A stretch of 63,826 nucleotides of DNA, filler included, from a candidate division TA06 bacterium SM23_40 (GTDB taxonomy: Bacteria; LJUI01; SM1-40): the NCBI GenBank assembly GCA_001303705.1. It is 5 parts of 5 records of this genome, joined end to end, with 100 filler letters (N's around TTAATTAATTAA, not from the genome) between each part and the next. Parts side by side here need not be neighbours in the genome. Positions count along the whole stretch, not along the records: positions 8,152 to 33,377 come from LJUI01000018.1; 4 more parts are not named here. One strand, written 5' to 3'. Below, piece by piece: positions 20,799-30,204 of this stretch (its first letter is position 1; every line of letters begins with the position of its first letter). The notes under the pieces are model-generated. The model saw only the letters and a program-made list of their open reading frames with translations. It ran no database searches and was not told the DNA's origin. Position numbers and translations under genes: made by a program.

Positions 20799-22421
20799 AT
20801 GCGTTCGTCCCAGGTGGTTCTGACACTGTGGAAAGGGCTGGCTATCATCTGTTTGGTGCTCGTGGTTGCGGGATGCCAGAGAGCGGGGCGTGAAGAGGTC
20901 TTGGCCAGGGTCGGTTCGGCGAGGATCACCCAGGCCGATTTCGATGCCTTGCTCGAGGAGGTGCCACCTTACGCCCGGGCGCAGTATACGACTGAGGAAG
21001 GTAAGAAGCAGCTCCTGGACATCATGGTCCGATGGGAGGTGCTCTCGAGGGCCGCGCGGGATGAGGGGATCGACAAGCGCGAGGATATAGCGACACGGCT
21101 CAACAGCATCGAGAAGCGGCTCTTGTCCGAGACATACGATGGAGAGGTACTTCGGGCGATGGCCGGAGTTCCGCGCTCCGACTTTGAAGCCTATTACCGG
21201 GAGCACAAGGAAGACTTCAGGATCAAACCGTCCGTCACGGTCTCCCATATTCTCTTCGAGACCGAGGAAGAGGCGCTGGCGGCACGTCAGCGGCTCGAGG
21301 ACGGCGAGGACTTCGCGGCTCTCGCGGGCGAGCTGTCGAAAGATCTGGCGACCAGAGGAGCAGGCGGCTCTGTGGGCGTGGTTGTCAAAGATGAGCCGAT
21401 CCCCGGACTGGGCAACCTCGAGGAGTTCGTCGTTGCCGCCTTTGCCCTGCCCGTCGGCCAGGTGAGCCATCCTGTCGAGACCTCGCGTGGCTATCATCTG
21501 ATCAAGGTCACCGGCAAGGATGCGGGCGGGTATGAGGAACTCGATACAGTTATGGAACGGATCCGGGATGAGATACTCGTCTCAGACGAAGATATCGAGG
21601 CCTACTACGGCGAGAATCCGGACGAGTTCATCGAGCCCGAGAAGGCTGATGTCAGGCACGTGCTGTGTGAGACAGAAGCGCAGGCGCGGCGCGTGTTGCG
21701 GCGGCTCGAGGGAGGCGCGGATTTCGAGGAGATGGTAGAGACCTATTCGACCGATCGCGGCACGAAGAACCGAGGGGGACGTATAGGATTCGTTACGAAG
21801 GGCCGCCGCATTCCCTACGTGGGCAGCTCGGAGGAATTCGAAGAGGCCGTCTTCGCGCTCCAGCCCGGCGAGATTGGAGGCCCGATTCACACCGACAAGG
21901 GCTACCACGTCATCAGAGTCGATTCTCGCGAGGAATCGTACACGAAGACACTCGACGAGGTGCGCGATGAGGTGAGACGGAAGCTGTTGCCCGAGCGTCA
22001 GCGACAGGGCGCCGAAGACGCCTACGAGGCGCTGAAGACGCGGTACCGCGTGAGGATCATGGGGGAGGAGGAGCCAGAAGTCGGGCAGCACACGTTCGAC
22101 GACCTGTTCAAGCTTGCTGAAGAGGCTCAGGCACAGGAGAAGCCCGAGGAAGCGATCAACTATTATCGAGAAGTGATGAACCGTTTTCCCGATCACAGGG
22201 AGGCGTATAAGGCGCAGTTCATGATCGGGTTCGTCTACTCAGAGATGTTGACCGACTACGACAAGGCGAAGGTGGCATTCCAGGTCGTCATCGACCGCTA
22301 TCCTGAATGCGATCTTGCAGATGATGCGCGGTGGATGATCGACAATATGGGCACGAATGCGGTGCCCTTCGAGCCGACGGGAACTTTGACTGCTGACAAG
22401 ACGACGATGGGGATGAGCTAG
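20799..22421 (+). CDS. Lipoprotein foldase with two PpiC/parvulin domains and a C-terminal TPR
   Basis: Lipobox VVAGC; two SHIL/RHVL...GxDF..LA...GG..G..GYHxI motifs; TPR-like tail. Confidence 0.88.
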   Translation: MRSSQVVLTLWKGLAIICLVLVVAGCQRAGREEVLARVGSARITQADFDALLEEVPPYARAQYTTEEGKKQLLDIMVRWEVLSRAARDEGIDKREDIATRLNSIEKRLLSETYDGEVLRAMAGVPRSDFEAYYREHKEDFRIKPSVTVSHILFETEEEALAARQRLEDGEDFAALAGELSKDLATRGAGGSVGVVVKDEPIPGLGNLEEFVVAAFALPVGQVSHPVETSRGYHLIKVTGKDAGGYEELDTVMERIRDEILVSDEDIEAYYGENPDEFIEPEKADVRHVLCETEAQARRVLRRLEGGADFEEMVETYSTDRGTKNRGGRIGFVTKGRRIPYVGSSEEFEEAVFALQPGEIGGPIHTDKGYHVIRVDSREESYTKTLDEVRDEVRRKLLPERQRQGAEDAYEALKTRYRVRIMGEEEPEVGQHTFDDLFKLAEEAQAQEKPEEAINYYREVMNRFPDHREAYKAQFMIGFVYSEMLTDYDKAKVAFQVVIDRYPECDLADDARWMIDNMGTNAVPFEPTGTLTADKTTMGMS

Positions 22422-22446
22422 CAGTTATCTCTCCGCTCGCTTTTCG

Positions 22447-22480
22447 GGAAAGGCCCCCTCTGCAGGGGGCCTTTCCGTTT
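22447..22480 (+). terminator. Intrinsic terminator-like hairpin
   Basis: GGAAAGGCCCCCT-CTGC-AGGGGGCCTTTCC followed by GTTT, downstream of the foldase stop. Confidence 0.7.
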
Positions 22481-22553
22481 GACAGCCGCGATTCGATATG
22501 GTAGGCTGTGCCCTGCAGCAAAGCCGCCTCGTACAGTCGCGTGAGGAGTGGAC

Positions 22554-23534
22554 ATGAGTCTCGAGCTCATCCTTGCACCTATTGTAGACGATCTCCTGGA
22601 AGTGGGGCGCGCCCTGGAGGAAGAGCTCCGGTCGGAGATACCGGCGGTCGACAGGGTGACGCGCCATTTGCTGAGTGGCCGCGGGAAGCTCCTCCGGCCG
22701 GCGCTCGTCATCCTCGCCTCGAGAAGTATCGGGGAAGGGGTGTCGAAGAGTGCCATTCGTGCCGCTACTATGATCGAAATGATCCATATGGCCACGCTCG
22801 TCCACGACGATATGGTGGATGGTGCCGAGACGAGGCGCGGCATCGCAACCCTCAACCACAAATGGAGCGATCGCGTCTCCGTCCTCGCAGGAGACTATGT
22901 CTATTCAAGGGCTCTCGCTATGCTGTCGCACGAGGAGATGCACCCGATCCTCGGGATCGTCGCCGAAACGGTCTGCCGCATGAGCGCTGCAGAGCTGATT
23001 CAGACCGACCGGCGTGGGGACGTGACAATGCGGGAGGAAGAATATCTCTCGATTGCCGGCGACAAGACAGCCTCTCTGATACGTGCATCCTGCCGGATCG
23101 GCTCCGTGTTAGCAGACGGGAGCAAGGCGGATAGAGAGGCGCTCTCCGACTTCGGATGGAATTTCGGGATCGCGTTTCAGATCGTGGACGATCTGCTCGA
23201 TTTCGTCGGTTCGGGAAGAAAGATGGGAAAGCCTGTCGGGGTCGACCTCCGCGATGGGCGGGTGACCCTACCCCTTCTCTACATGTTGAAAGAAGGATCG
23301 ACGGAAGAGCGTCAGCGGATCGCTCAGATGCTCGATGTCTGCGGCGTAGGCACCGAGGAGTCGTGGGAAGAGGCGATCGCGCTCGTGAAGGAGCGCGGCG
23401 GAGTGGAACGGACGAGAGAGGTAGCCGGGACGTACACAGAGAGAGCGAAGGAGGCGATCGACACTCTTGCGCCGTCTCAGGCGAAAGATACGCTGTTGCT
23501 GCTTGCTGACTTCGTGGTAGACCGTGATGGGTAG
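22554..23534 (+). CDS. Long-chain polyprenyl diphosphate synthase (IspB/HepT/DmkB-like)
   Basis: GKLLRP, HDDMVD...RRG, KTA, FQIVDDLLD, GKPVGVDL..G. Confidence 0.93.
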   Translation: MSLELILAPIVDDLLEVGRALEEELRSEIPAVDRVTRHLLSGRGKLLRPALVILASRSIGEGVSKSAIRAATMIEMIHMATLVHDDMVDGAETRRGIATLNHKWSDRVSVLAGDYVYSRALAMLSHEEMHPILGIVAETVCRMSAAELIQTDRRGDVTMREEEYLSIAGDKTASLIRASCRIGSVLADGSKADREALSDFGWNFGIAFQIVDDLLDFVGSGRKMGKPVGVDLRDGRVTLPLLYMLKEGSTEERQRIAQMLDVCGVGTEESWEEAIALVKERGGVERTREVAGTYTERAKEAIDTLAPSQAKDTLLLLADFVVDRDG

Positions 23535-24618
23535 TACAGTCCGAATGCGGAGTCGGGCCTTCTGGTGGGGCGCGGTCATCGCGGTGGCGTGCATCGGCGG
23601 CTGGGGCTGCTCATCTTCATCCTCCACTCCCGGGGTCTGCGAGCAGAGCCGCGCGCTGATCGGCACAGTCGTGACTATAAAGGCCCATCATCCGGATCGT
23701 CGCTTGGCCGAGGAGGCGATCGATGCGGCATTCGCCGAGATGGCGCGAGTCGAGAAGATATGTAGCTGGCGCGGAGCGCAGAGCGAAGTCGCCGCGGTCA
23801 ACGCACAGGCGGGGGGCTGGAGTGAGGTGGGGCCCGAACTGATGGAACTCGTGCGAAGATCGCACCACTGTTCCCTCCTGAGCGACGGCGCCTTTGACAT
23901 TACGGTGGGTCCGGTCGTCGAATTGTGGGGCTTTGAACAGGGAGGGGGATGGGTCCCATCACCAGAGGAGATCGATGGTCGTCTCGGTCTGGTCGATTTC
24001 CGTGCACTGGAGATCGACACGGCGGTCGGGCGGCTGAGGACAGCCCGCCCGGGCATGGGCCTCGATCTGGGGGGTGTGGCGAAGGGGTACGCAGTCGATC
24101 AGGCGATCTCCCTGCTACGGGAGCGAGGTGTGCTGGGGGCGCTTGTCGATGCGGGAGGCGATCTGCGGGCGATCGGTCTGCGCCCTGACGGGAAGCCCTG
24201 GCGGATCGGGATCAAGCATCCGCGTGAACCGGGTCATGTCCTTGCCACTTTCGAACTCGCTGATGGAAGTGTTGCGACCTCAGGGGACTATGAGCGGTAC
24301 TTCACAGCGGGGGGGATCCGGTACCATCATCTTCTCGACCCGCGAACCGGAATGCCGGCCCGAAAGGCGGTGAGTGCGACTGTCTGGGCTTCCGATGCTT
24401 GTACCGCCGACATGTGGGCAACTGCCCTGTTTGTGATGGGGCCGGCCGCCGGCCTCGGTCTCGCCGAAGACCTCGATGGCATTGACGCATTGATCGTCGA
24501 GGCTGCCGAGGGAGGACTGGTGGCATCGCTTTCGAGCGGCCTCGCGGGGCGTATCGATCTCATTGACCCGGCATTGACGGTACGCTGGGCAGACGCCGGG
24601 GACCTCAGGGAGCATTAG
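23527..24618 (+). CDS. apbE: FAD:protein FMN transferase (ApbE/FmnB), lipoprotein
   Basis: GAFDITVGP, LDLGGVAKGYAVD, DAGGD, PWRIGIKHP, ATSGDYERYF, YHHLLDPRTG. Confidence 0.95.
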   Translation: MGSTVRMRSRAFWWGAVIAVACIGGWGCSSSSSTPGVCEQSRALIGTVVTIKAHHPDRRLAEEAIDAAFAEMARVEKICSWRGAQSEVAAVNAQAGGWSEVGPELMELVRRSHHCSLLSDGAFDITVGPVVELWGFEQGGGWVPSPEEIDGRLGLVDFRALEIDTAVGRLRTARPGMGLDLGGVAKGYAVDQAISLLRERGVLGALVDAGGDLRAIGLRPDGKPWRIGIKHPREPGHVLATFELADGSVATSGDYERYFTAGGIRYHHLLDPRTGMPARKAVSATVWASDACTADMWATALFVMGPAAGLGLAEDLDGIDALIVEAAEGGLVASLSSGLAGRIDLIDPALTVRWADAGDLREH

Positions 24619-24623
24619 AAGAG

Positions 24624-25622
24624 ATGCAAAAAGTGGAGATGCGGAAGGCTCTGTTCTGGGAGGCCAGGGATGATGGAAGGGTAGAATGTCGGCTCTGTCC
24701 GCATCACTGTCTGATCGCCCAGGGAAAGCAAGGAATCTGCCTGGGCAGGCGAAACGAGGGTGGCGTGCTCTATGCGGCCAACTACGGAAGGACGACGAGC
24801 CTTGCCCTCGATCCGATCGAAAAGAAGCCCCTGTACCATTTCCATCCCGGAACCGGCATTCTCTCCATCGCGCCGAACGGATGCAACTTCGCCTGCCCGT
24901 TCTGTCAGAACTGGCAGATCTCGCAGAAGGAATCTCCGACAGAGGAGATCACCCCCCAGGAACTTGTCGACCTGGCCCGCGGCAGGGATTCGGTAGGAGT
25001 GGCCTACACGTACACCGAACCGCTCATCTGGTATGAGTTCCTTCTCGATGCCTGCAGCGTAGTGCGCGAGCACCGTCTGTCGAACGTACTCGTTACGAAC
25101 GGCATGATCGAAGAGGAGCCGTTGCGCCAGCTCCTGCCCTTGATCGATGCGATGAATATCGACCTGAAGTCGATGGACGAGAGTTTCTATAAGAAGGTAG
25201 TAAAGGGCAACCTCGAATCGGTTCTCAGAACGATCAGACTGGCGAAGGAAAGCTGTCACGTGGAGCTCACTCATCTGGTGGTACCAGGTGCTACCGACTC
25301 GCCTGAGCAGATTAATCGACTGATCGACTGGATCGTCGAACTGGGGGACGATACGCCGGTCCATTTCTCGCGCTACTTCCCCCACTACAACTACGACGTT
25401 CCTGCCACTCCAGTCGAGACGCTGGTGGAGATATGGAACAGGGCCCGGGAGCGGCTGCGTTTCGTCTATCTCGGTAACATAGCTATCGAGGGGTCGAGTG
25501 ACACTGTCTGCCCCCGGTGCGGGGTGACCGCGGTGCGGAGATCGTACTACTCAGTCGATCTCTCCGGCCTGAGCAACGGTCGCTGCGGGGCTTGTGGCGC
25601 AGACCTTAACATCGTGCGGTGA
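24624..25622 (+). CDS. amrS: AmmeMemoRadiSam system radical SAM enzyme
   Basis: CRLCPHHC, DPIEKKPLYHF, CNFACPFCQNW, YTYTEP, HFSRYFP. Confidence 0.93.
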   Translation: MQKVEMRKALFWEARDDGRVECRLCPHHCLIAQGKQGICLGRRNEGGVLYAANYGRTTSLALDPIEKKPLYHFHPGTGILSIAPNGCNFACPFCQNWQISQKESPTEEITPQELVDLARGRDSVGVAYTYTEPLIWYEFLLDACSVVREHRLSNVLVTNGMIEEEPLRQLLPLIDAMNIDLKSMDESFYKKVVKGNLESVLRTIRLAKESCHVELTHLVVPGATDSPEQINRLIDWIVELGDDTPVHFSRYFPHYNYDVPATPVETLVEIWNRARERLRFVYLGNIAIEGSSDTVCPRCGVTAVRRSYYSVDLSGLSNGRCGACGADLNIVR

Positions 25623-25631
25623 GGCACTCTG

Positions 25632-26051
25632 TTGATCCTGGTGCACAGCAGGAGATCTCGTGATCCGCGAGGGAGGCTGCGGAGCCTGCTGACCCCGGGG
25701 GATGTTGCGCTCATCATTGTTCTCCTTCTCGCTTCAGGCGGTAGCATTGTGGTGCTGCGGGCCGCGCTCGCGGCAGGAGAATACTGCGTTATCTTCGCGG
25801 GGGACGAGGAGTTCGGGCGATTTCCGCTGTCGAAGGATCGCACCGTCCATGTCCCTGGTCCGCTCGGCACCACGGATGTGGTCATTCGGCAGGGCTCTGT
25901 CCGGGTTGTCGACTCGCCCTGTCCCCACAGAGTATGTGTGAGCATGGGGGAGAAGCGCCGTTCGGGTGAGACGGTCGCATGCGTCCCGAATCGAGTACTC
26001 GTTCTGGTTTGTAGCAGGCGGGGGAGCGGTGTGGATGCGATCACCAGGTAG
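25632..26051 (+). CDS. NusG domain II (DUF1312) protein
   Basis: N-terminal TM helix; SPCPHRVCV..G...GETVACVPNRV, VDAI. Confidence 0.88.
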   Translation: MILVHSRRSRDPRGRLRSLLTPGDVALIIVLLLASGGSIVVLRAALAAGEYCVIFAGDEEFGRFPLSKDRTVHVPGPLGTTDVVIRQGSVRVVDSPCPHRVCVSMGEKRRSGETVACVPNRVLVLVCSRRGSGVDAITR

Positions 26052-26598
26052 GGAGACCCGTTCGTCGTGGAGCACATACGCGATCAGTCGTTTGTCGTTG
26101 CTCGTGGCGGTGGGGATTGCTCTGTACGTCGTCGAGGGTTATCTGCCGCGGCCGGTCCCCTGGATTCGGCTCGGGCTCTCGAACGTGGTGACGCTGGTGG
26201 CACTGGTCGGGTTCGGTTTCGGTGAGGCATTCGCCGTCGGCTTCCTCCGCGTCCTCCTCGGGGCACTCATCTCGGGGTCGCTCTTCTCGCCCGCCTTTCT
26301 CTTCTCGCTCGTGGGCGCCGGGGCGAGCGTATCGCTGATGGGCCTCACTCACCTTCGGTGGAAGCGTGTCTTTAGTCCGATAGGGATATCGATCTTCGGG
26401 GCGCTGGGCCACAACATCACACAACTTACGCTGGCCTATCTGCTCTTCGTCAGAAAGTTCGAGTTGCTTCTCATGGCCCCCTTTGTTATCTTTCTATCGG
26501 TGATCATGGGAAGCGTGGTCGGGGTGGCCGGGGTACTGCTCCTCGATGGCATGGAACGGGCCGGGCTTCGACACCGGGAGCACCTTGCCTCCGGCTGA
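26035..26598 (+). CDS. Gx transporter family / heptaprenyl diphosphate synthase component I-like membrane protein
   Basis: P.PVPWIRLGLSN, SPIGISIFGALGHNITQL; ATG 26035 overlaps the NusG-II gene. Confidence 0.88.
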   Translation: MRSPGRETRSSWSTYAISRLSLLVAVGIALYVVEGYLPRPVPWIRLGLSNVVTLVALVGFGFGEAFAVGFLRVLLGALISGSLFSPAFLFSLVGAGASVSLMGLTHLRWKRVFSPIGISIFGALGHNITQLTLAYLLFVRKFELLLMAPFVIFLSVIMGSVVGVAGVLLLDGMERAGLRHREHLASG

Positions 26599-26642
26599 TC
26601 TGCGCGGATACTTCTCGCATCGGAAAGGGGGAATCGAACCGA

Positions 26643-26909
26643 GTGCCGCTTCGTAGAAAACGGACTGGTGTGCTTGTCCTCATTCTCATCGTCGGGGCTC
26701 TGGTGGGCAGTGGATTGGGGAAGATTCTCGGGGCCGTCATCCCTGCGGGGCCGGCAAGAGACTTCTTCATCCAGGTGGTCAATATCGGATTCTCGCCGTT
26801 CACGCTGGACCTCTCAGTGATCAGACTCACACTCGGGTTCACGTTCGAGATCAACATCATAACCATCCTCGGCGTATTGCTGCTTGCGTATGTCTTGAAG
26901 TGGTTCTAG
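26643..26909 (+). CDS. Small membrane protein (DUF4321-like)
   Basis: Two hydrophobic segments and TLDLSVIRLTLGFTFEIN. Confidence 0.75.
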   Translation: MPLRRKRTGVLVLILIVGALVGSGLGKILGAVIPAGPARDFFIQVVNIGFSPFTLDLSVIRLTLGFTFEINIITILGVLLLAYVLKWF

Positions 26910-27020
26910 GACTGAGATCTCTTCCTGTCCGGTTCCGCTGCAGACCGCCGGCCCTGGCGAGGTGGCTCGCGCGGCGCGGTGGTCAATCCCTGTTGGTGCT
27001 GAGGGAAGGAGGCGTGTTCG

Positions 27021-27209
27021 ATGTTCGGGAATATTGGACTTCAGGAGATATTGATTATCCTTCTCATCGTTCTGCTCTTGTTTGGGGCAAAACGGATTCC
27101 TGAAGTTGCGCGGGCTTTGGGAAAGGGGATCAAGGAGTTCAGGGATTCGATGAAGGAGATCGGAAAGGATATTGAAGGAGACACGGGAGAGGAGAAGAAA
27201 GAGGGCTGA
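27021..27209 (+). CDS. tatA: Twin-arginine translocase subunit TatA/E
   Basis: GLQEILIILLIVLLLFGAKRIPEVARALGKGIKEF; AAGGAGG RBS. Confidence 0.95.
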   Translation: MFGNIGLQEILIILLIVLLLFGAKRIPEVARALGKGIKEFRDSMKEIGKDIEGDTGEEKKEG

Positions 27210-28090
27210 TGGAGCGACGGCAGAGAACGACGAGAGAAGATGATCGCGCCATTCTAAGGACCATCAGGAGACGGTTGGGCTATCAGGCGCTCTTCGACGT
27301 ACCTGACGTGGAAGCAGCGATCGATCTGGCGGTGCAGTCGAAGTTGAGCGCCGTTGAGCTCAACATGAACGCTCCCCACTTCTATCCCGAGCGCTACCCG
27401 AGAGGGAAGCGTCGGGAGCTGCGCCGTCGGGCGGAGGATGGCGGCGTCGTCCTCCTTCTCCACGCGAACGAGGAGATCGATCTCTGCTCCTTCCGGGAAG
27501 AGATCAGGTGTGGCAGCATCGAGCTCGTGGCAAGGACGATTGAGTTCGCTGTCGACCTCGGAGCGCTGCGTGTGACGATCCATCCGGGGAGGCTGGCGCC
27601 GCTGTTCGGTGTTGAAGGAAGATATGTCTCCCTATTCGAGAAGTACCCCGGCGGGTTTGCCAATTCATTCCGCGACAGCATCATGGGCATCTCGCCCTTC
27701 CTCGACCCGCGCGTCGACGTCTGCTTCGAGAATGTAGGCCCGTTCCACGATCCGATCACCCATCCGCTGCTGGAGGAGCTCTGGGCGAGTGTAGATATCT
27801 ATCTGGCCTGGGATCTGGGCCATACGCACTTGCTGCAGCGGCGTGACCCGGACAGAGGTGAGCTGGAACAACGGTTCTTCCGGCGGCACCTCGACCGGGT
27901 GCGCAACTGCCATGTGCACGATAACGATGGAAAACGAGATAGCCACGACGTCATCGGCCGGGGGACTGCCGACATCCGCAGCTATCTCGAACTCCTTGCC
28001 GGTACTCAGACCTGGTTCATCTTCGAGGTACGCCCGCACGAGCGCGCACTCGAATGTCTTCGCGTCTTCGAGAGCTGGCTTGAGCCCTAG
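27209..28090 (+). CDS. Sugar phosphate isomerase/epimerase (AP-endonuclease-2 TIM barrel)
   Basis: TIHPG, CFEN, WDLGH, HVHDNDG..DSH...GRG, IFE metal ligands. Confidence 0.85.
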   Translation: MERRQRTTREDDRAILRTIRRRLGYQALFDVPDVEAAIDLAVQSKLSAVELNMNAPHFYPERYPRGKRRELRRRAEDGGVVLLLHANEEIDLCSFREEIRCGSIELVARTIEFAVDLGALRVTIHPGRLAPLFGVEGRYVSLFEKYPGGFANSFRDSIMGISPFLDPRVDVCFENVGPFHDPITHPLLEELWASVDIYLAWDLGHTHLLQRRDPDRGELEQRFFRRHLDRVRNCHVHDNDGKRDSHDVIGRGTADIRSYLELLAGTQTWFIFEVRPHERALECLRVFESWLEP

Positions 28091-29901
28091 CTCACCTCGA
28101 TAACTCTCCGATAATCCTCGATCCGTGCAGCCTTTCTCTGTTCCTGCAGCCACGAATCGTATGTGTCGTGCCCTCTCTCCTGTCGCAGCCGCGCCTTCAG
28201 CATCATCCGCTCGGACTCAAATGTCTCTTCGTTCATGGGGATCTTCTCATTGCATCGGATGAAGAAGTAGCCGATATTGGTTGGCACCGGTCCGCGCACT
28301 TCGCCGGCCTCGAGGGTGAAGGCTGCACCCTGGACCTGGGTCCTGGGAGGGACGCCCCGGATGTACGTACTGCGAGTGACGAGGGAGGTCTCGTACACCT
28401 CGAGCCCTTCGGCCGCAGCGACCTGTTCCAGACTTCTTCCCTCAGCCAGCCCCTCGGTGACACGCTCGGCCTTCTCGAAAGCCTGCTCCATCTTCTTCTC
28501 TCCCCGCACCAGGCCCTCCATCTGAGGCCGCAGTTCCTCGAGGGAGGGAGTGTACGCGGGGAATTTCTCGTCCACCTGGCAGACGAAGTAGCTATCCCTC
28601 CCGGCGAAGATGGGGCTGATCTCTCCGATCGCGTGCTCGAAACCGAAGTCGTTGACGAGATCCTTGAGGATCGGTTCGATTCCTATCGGGATGATACCGC
28701 GGGGGAATTCATCCGTCTTCATCAGCTTCAGCCCGTGGGCCTCTATCGCTTCCTCGAACCCTAACTCGTGGGCATCCATCCAGAAACTCCGCGCGGTCTC
28801 CTCGAGCGCTGCCAGTGTCTCCCAGCTCGGCCGTGGCTTTATGAGGATGTGTCTGGCCTTGATCTCGTCCCGGCGTTTCACGTCGATCTTGATGATGTGC
28901 CAGCCGTACCGCGTCCTGAATGGTTCGGAGAACTCCCCCGGCTTCAGGGAAAATGCGATCTCCTCGAACTGGGGGACCATCTGCCCGCGCTGGACCATGC
29001 CGAGATCTCCTCCCCGTGCCGCGGATGTGGGGTCATCGGAGCGTTCTTGGGCGAGCTGCGCGAAATCTGCTCCGTCCAGCAATTCCTCATGAATCTGCTC
29101 GATCTCTTCTTTCGCTACGAGTATGTCGGCATCGCTGGGCTCCCGCACCACCTTGACGAAGTTGAGCCGGACCAACTCCGGTTTTCCGAACATCCCCTTA
29201 TTCTCCGCATAGCAGGCGGCGAGTTCCTCGTCGGTCGGCTCGGGCACTGTTCCCTCCATCTCTCGCGGGTCGACCCGGATATAGCTCAGATCGAACTGCT
29301 CATGTTCTTCGCGGTACGCCTCGCGCACATCAGCATCGCTTACCTGAACTGCGGCGAAAAAGTCGATCATCAGCTTTTGTCGCGGAAGCGCCGTGCGCAA
29401 GTCAGCCTCGTACTGGCGCAGCCAGGGGGCGGCCTGGGGATTGGCGAGAAGCTGGTTGTATCTCGCGAAGTCGAAGCTTCCGTCTTCCAGCCGGAAAGCC
29501 TCGTTATACAGGATTGCAGGTGGTGGGTTCGAGCGGATCGCCCCCACGAGCTCTCTATCTGTGACGATGATTCTCCGCCGCCGAACCTCTTTGTCCAGAA
29601 TCATCTCCTCGATGATCCTATGCCAGGTCTCCTCCTCGACTATCATCACCTCGTCGTCCGGGAGGTTCCTCACACCCTTCTCAGCGAGGGCCTGTTCCCA
29701 GGCCTGGCCGACCCGATAGCGGAAGTAGTCGGCACGAATCGGCCTGCCATTGACGCGCCCGATGATCCCTGCTTCGCGGTTGCGCCTGCTCTGTCCCTTA
29801 AGCCCTCCCTGGCCGAGCTGCAGATAGACGAACCCGACGACGAACGAGACGGCGACGACCAACATGATCGTCTTCATGTTGCGGCGCATGCTCTGCATCA
29901 T
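28087..29901 (-). CDS. PpiD/SurA-like membrane-anchored peptidyl-prolyl isomerase
   Basis: MMQSMR N-terminal anchor, SurA_N-like region, GADFAQLA..SDDP.SA.RGGDLG...GWHIIK. Confidence 0.9.
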   Translation of the reverse strand: MMQSMRRNMKTIMLVVAVSFVVGFVYLQLGQGGLKGQSRRNREAGIIGRVNGRPIRADYFRYRVGQAWEQALAEKGVRNLPDDEVMIVEEETWHRIIEEMILDKEVRRRRIIVTDRELVGAIRSNPPPAILYNEAFRLEDGSFDFARYNQLLANPQAAPWLRQYEADLRTALPRQKLMIDFFAAVQVSDADVREAYREEHEQFDLSYIRVDPREMEGTVPEPTDEELAACYAENKGMFGKPELVRLNFVKVVREPSDADILVAKEEIEQIHEELLDGADFAQLAQERSDDPTSAARGGDLGMVQRGQMVPQFEEIAFSLKPGEFSEPFRTRYGWHIIKIDVKRRDEIKARHILIKPRPSWETLAALEETARSFWMDAHELGFEEAIEAHGLKLMKTDEFPRGIIPIGIEPILKDLVNDFGFEHAIGEISPIFAGRDSYFVCQVDEKFPAYTPSLEELRPQMEGLVRGEKKMEQAFEKAERVTEGLAEGRSLEQVAAAEGLEVYETSLVTRSTYIRGVPPRTQVQGAAFTLEAGEVRGPVPTNIGYFFIRCNEKIPMNEETFESERMMLKARLRQERGHDTYDSWLQEQRKAARIEDYRRVIEVS

Positions 29902-30204
29902 GGTCCCTATACCCCTTTCAGTTGGCGATTGCAGTATCTATATAGCATCTTTCCTCCTCAGATTGCAAGCAGATTCGGTATCGATTGAGCCACTTTCGCG
30001 GTGATCCGCCGTTGCATCTGCCCGGGTGTCGGGAGCCAGGAGAGAGGGATCGGGAGGCAGGAGAGATGCGCCGGGAAAGGGGAGAGAGGTTGTCGGGATT
30101 TATTGTCTTGACAGCCCGAAGGGCACCATAGTAGACTGCACGCGGGATTGATCGCGTGCATCGTGTAATGCACACTCTCCGGTACGGATCTGCGAGCCGA
30201 CGAC

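Noticed and set aside
25620-25632. amrS TGA is in frame with the NusG-II ORF (possible Sec read-through or fusion)
   Set aside because: AmrS is already complete, there is no Cys/redox context, the hairpin is weak, and the downstream protein has its own N-terminal membrane anchor.
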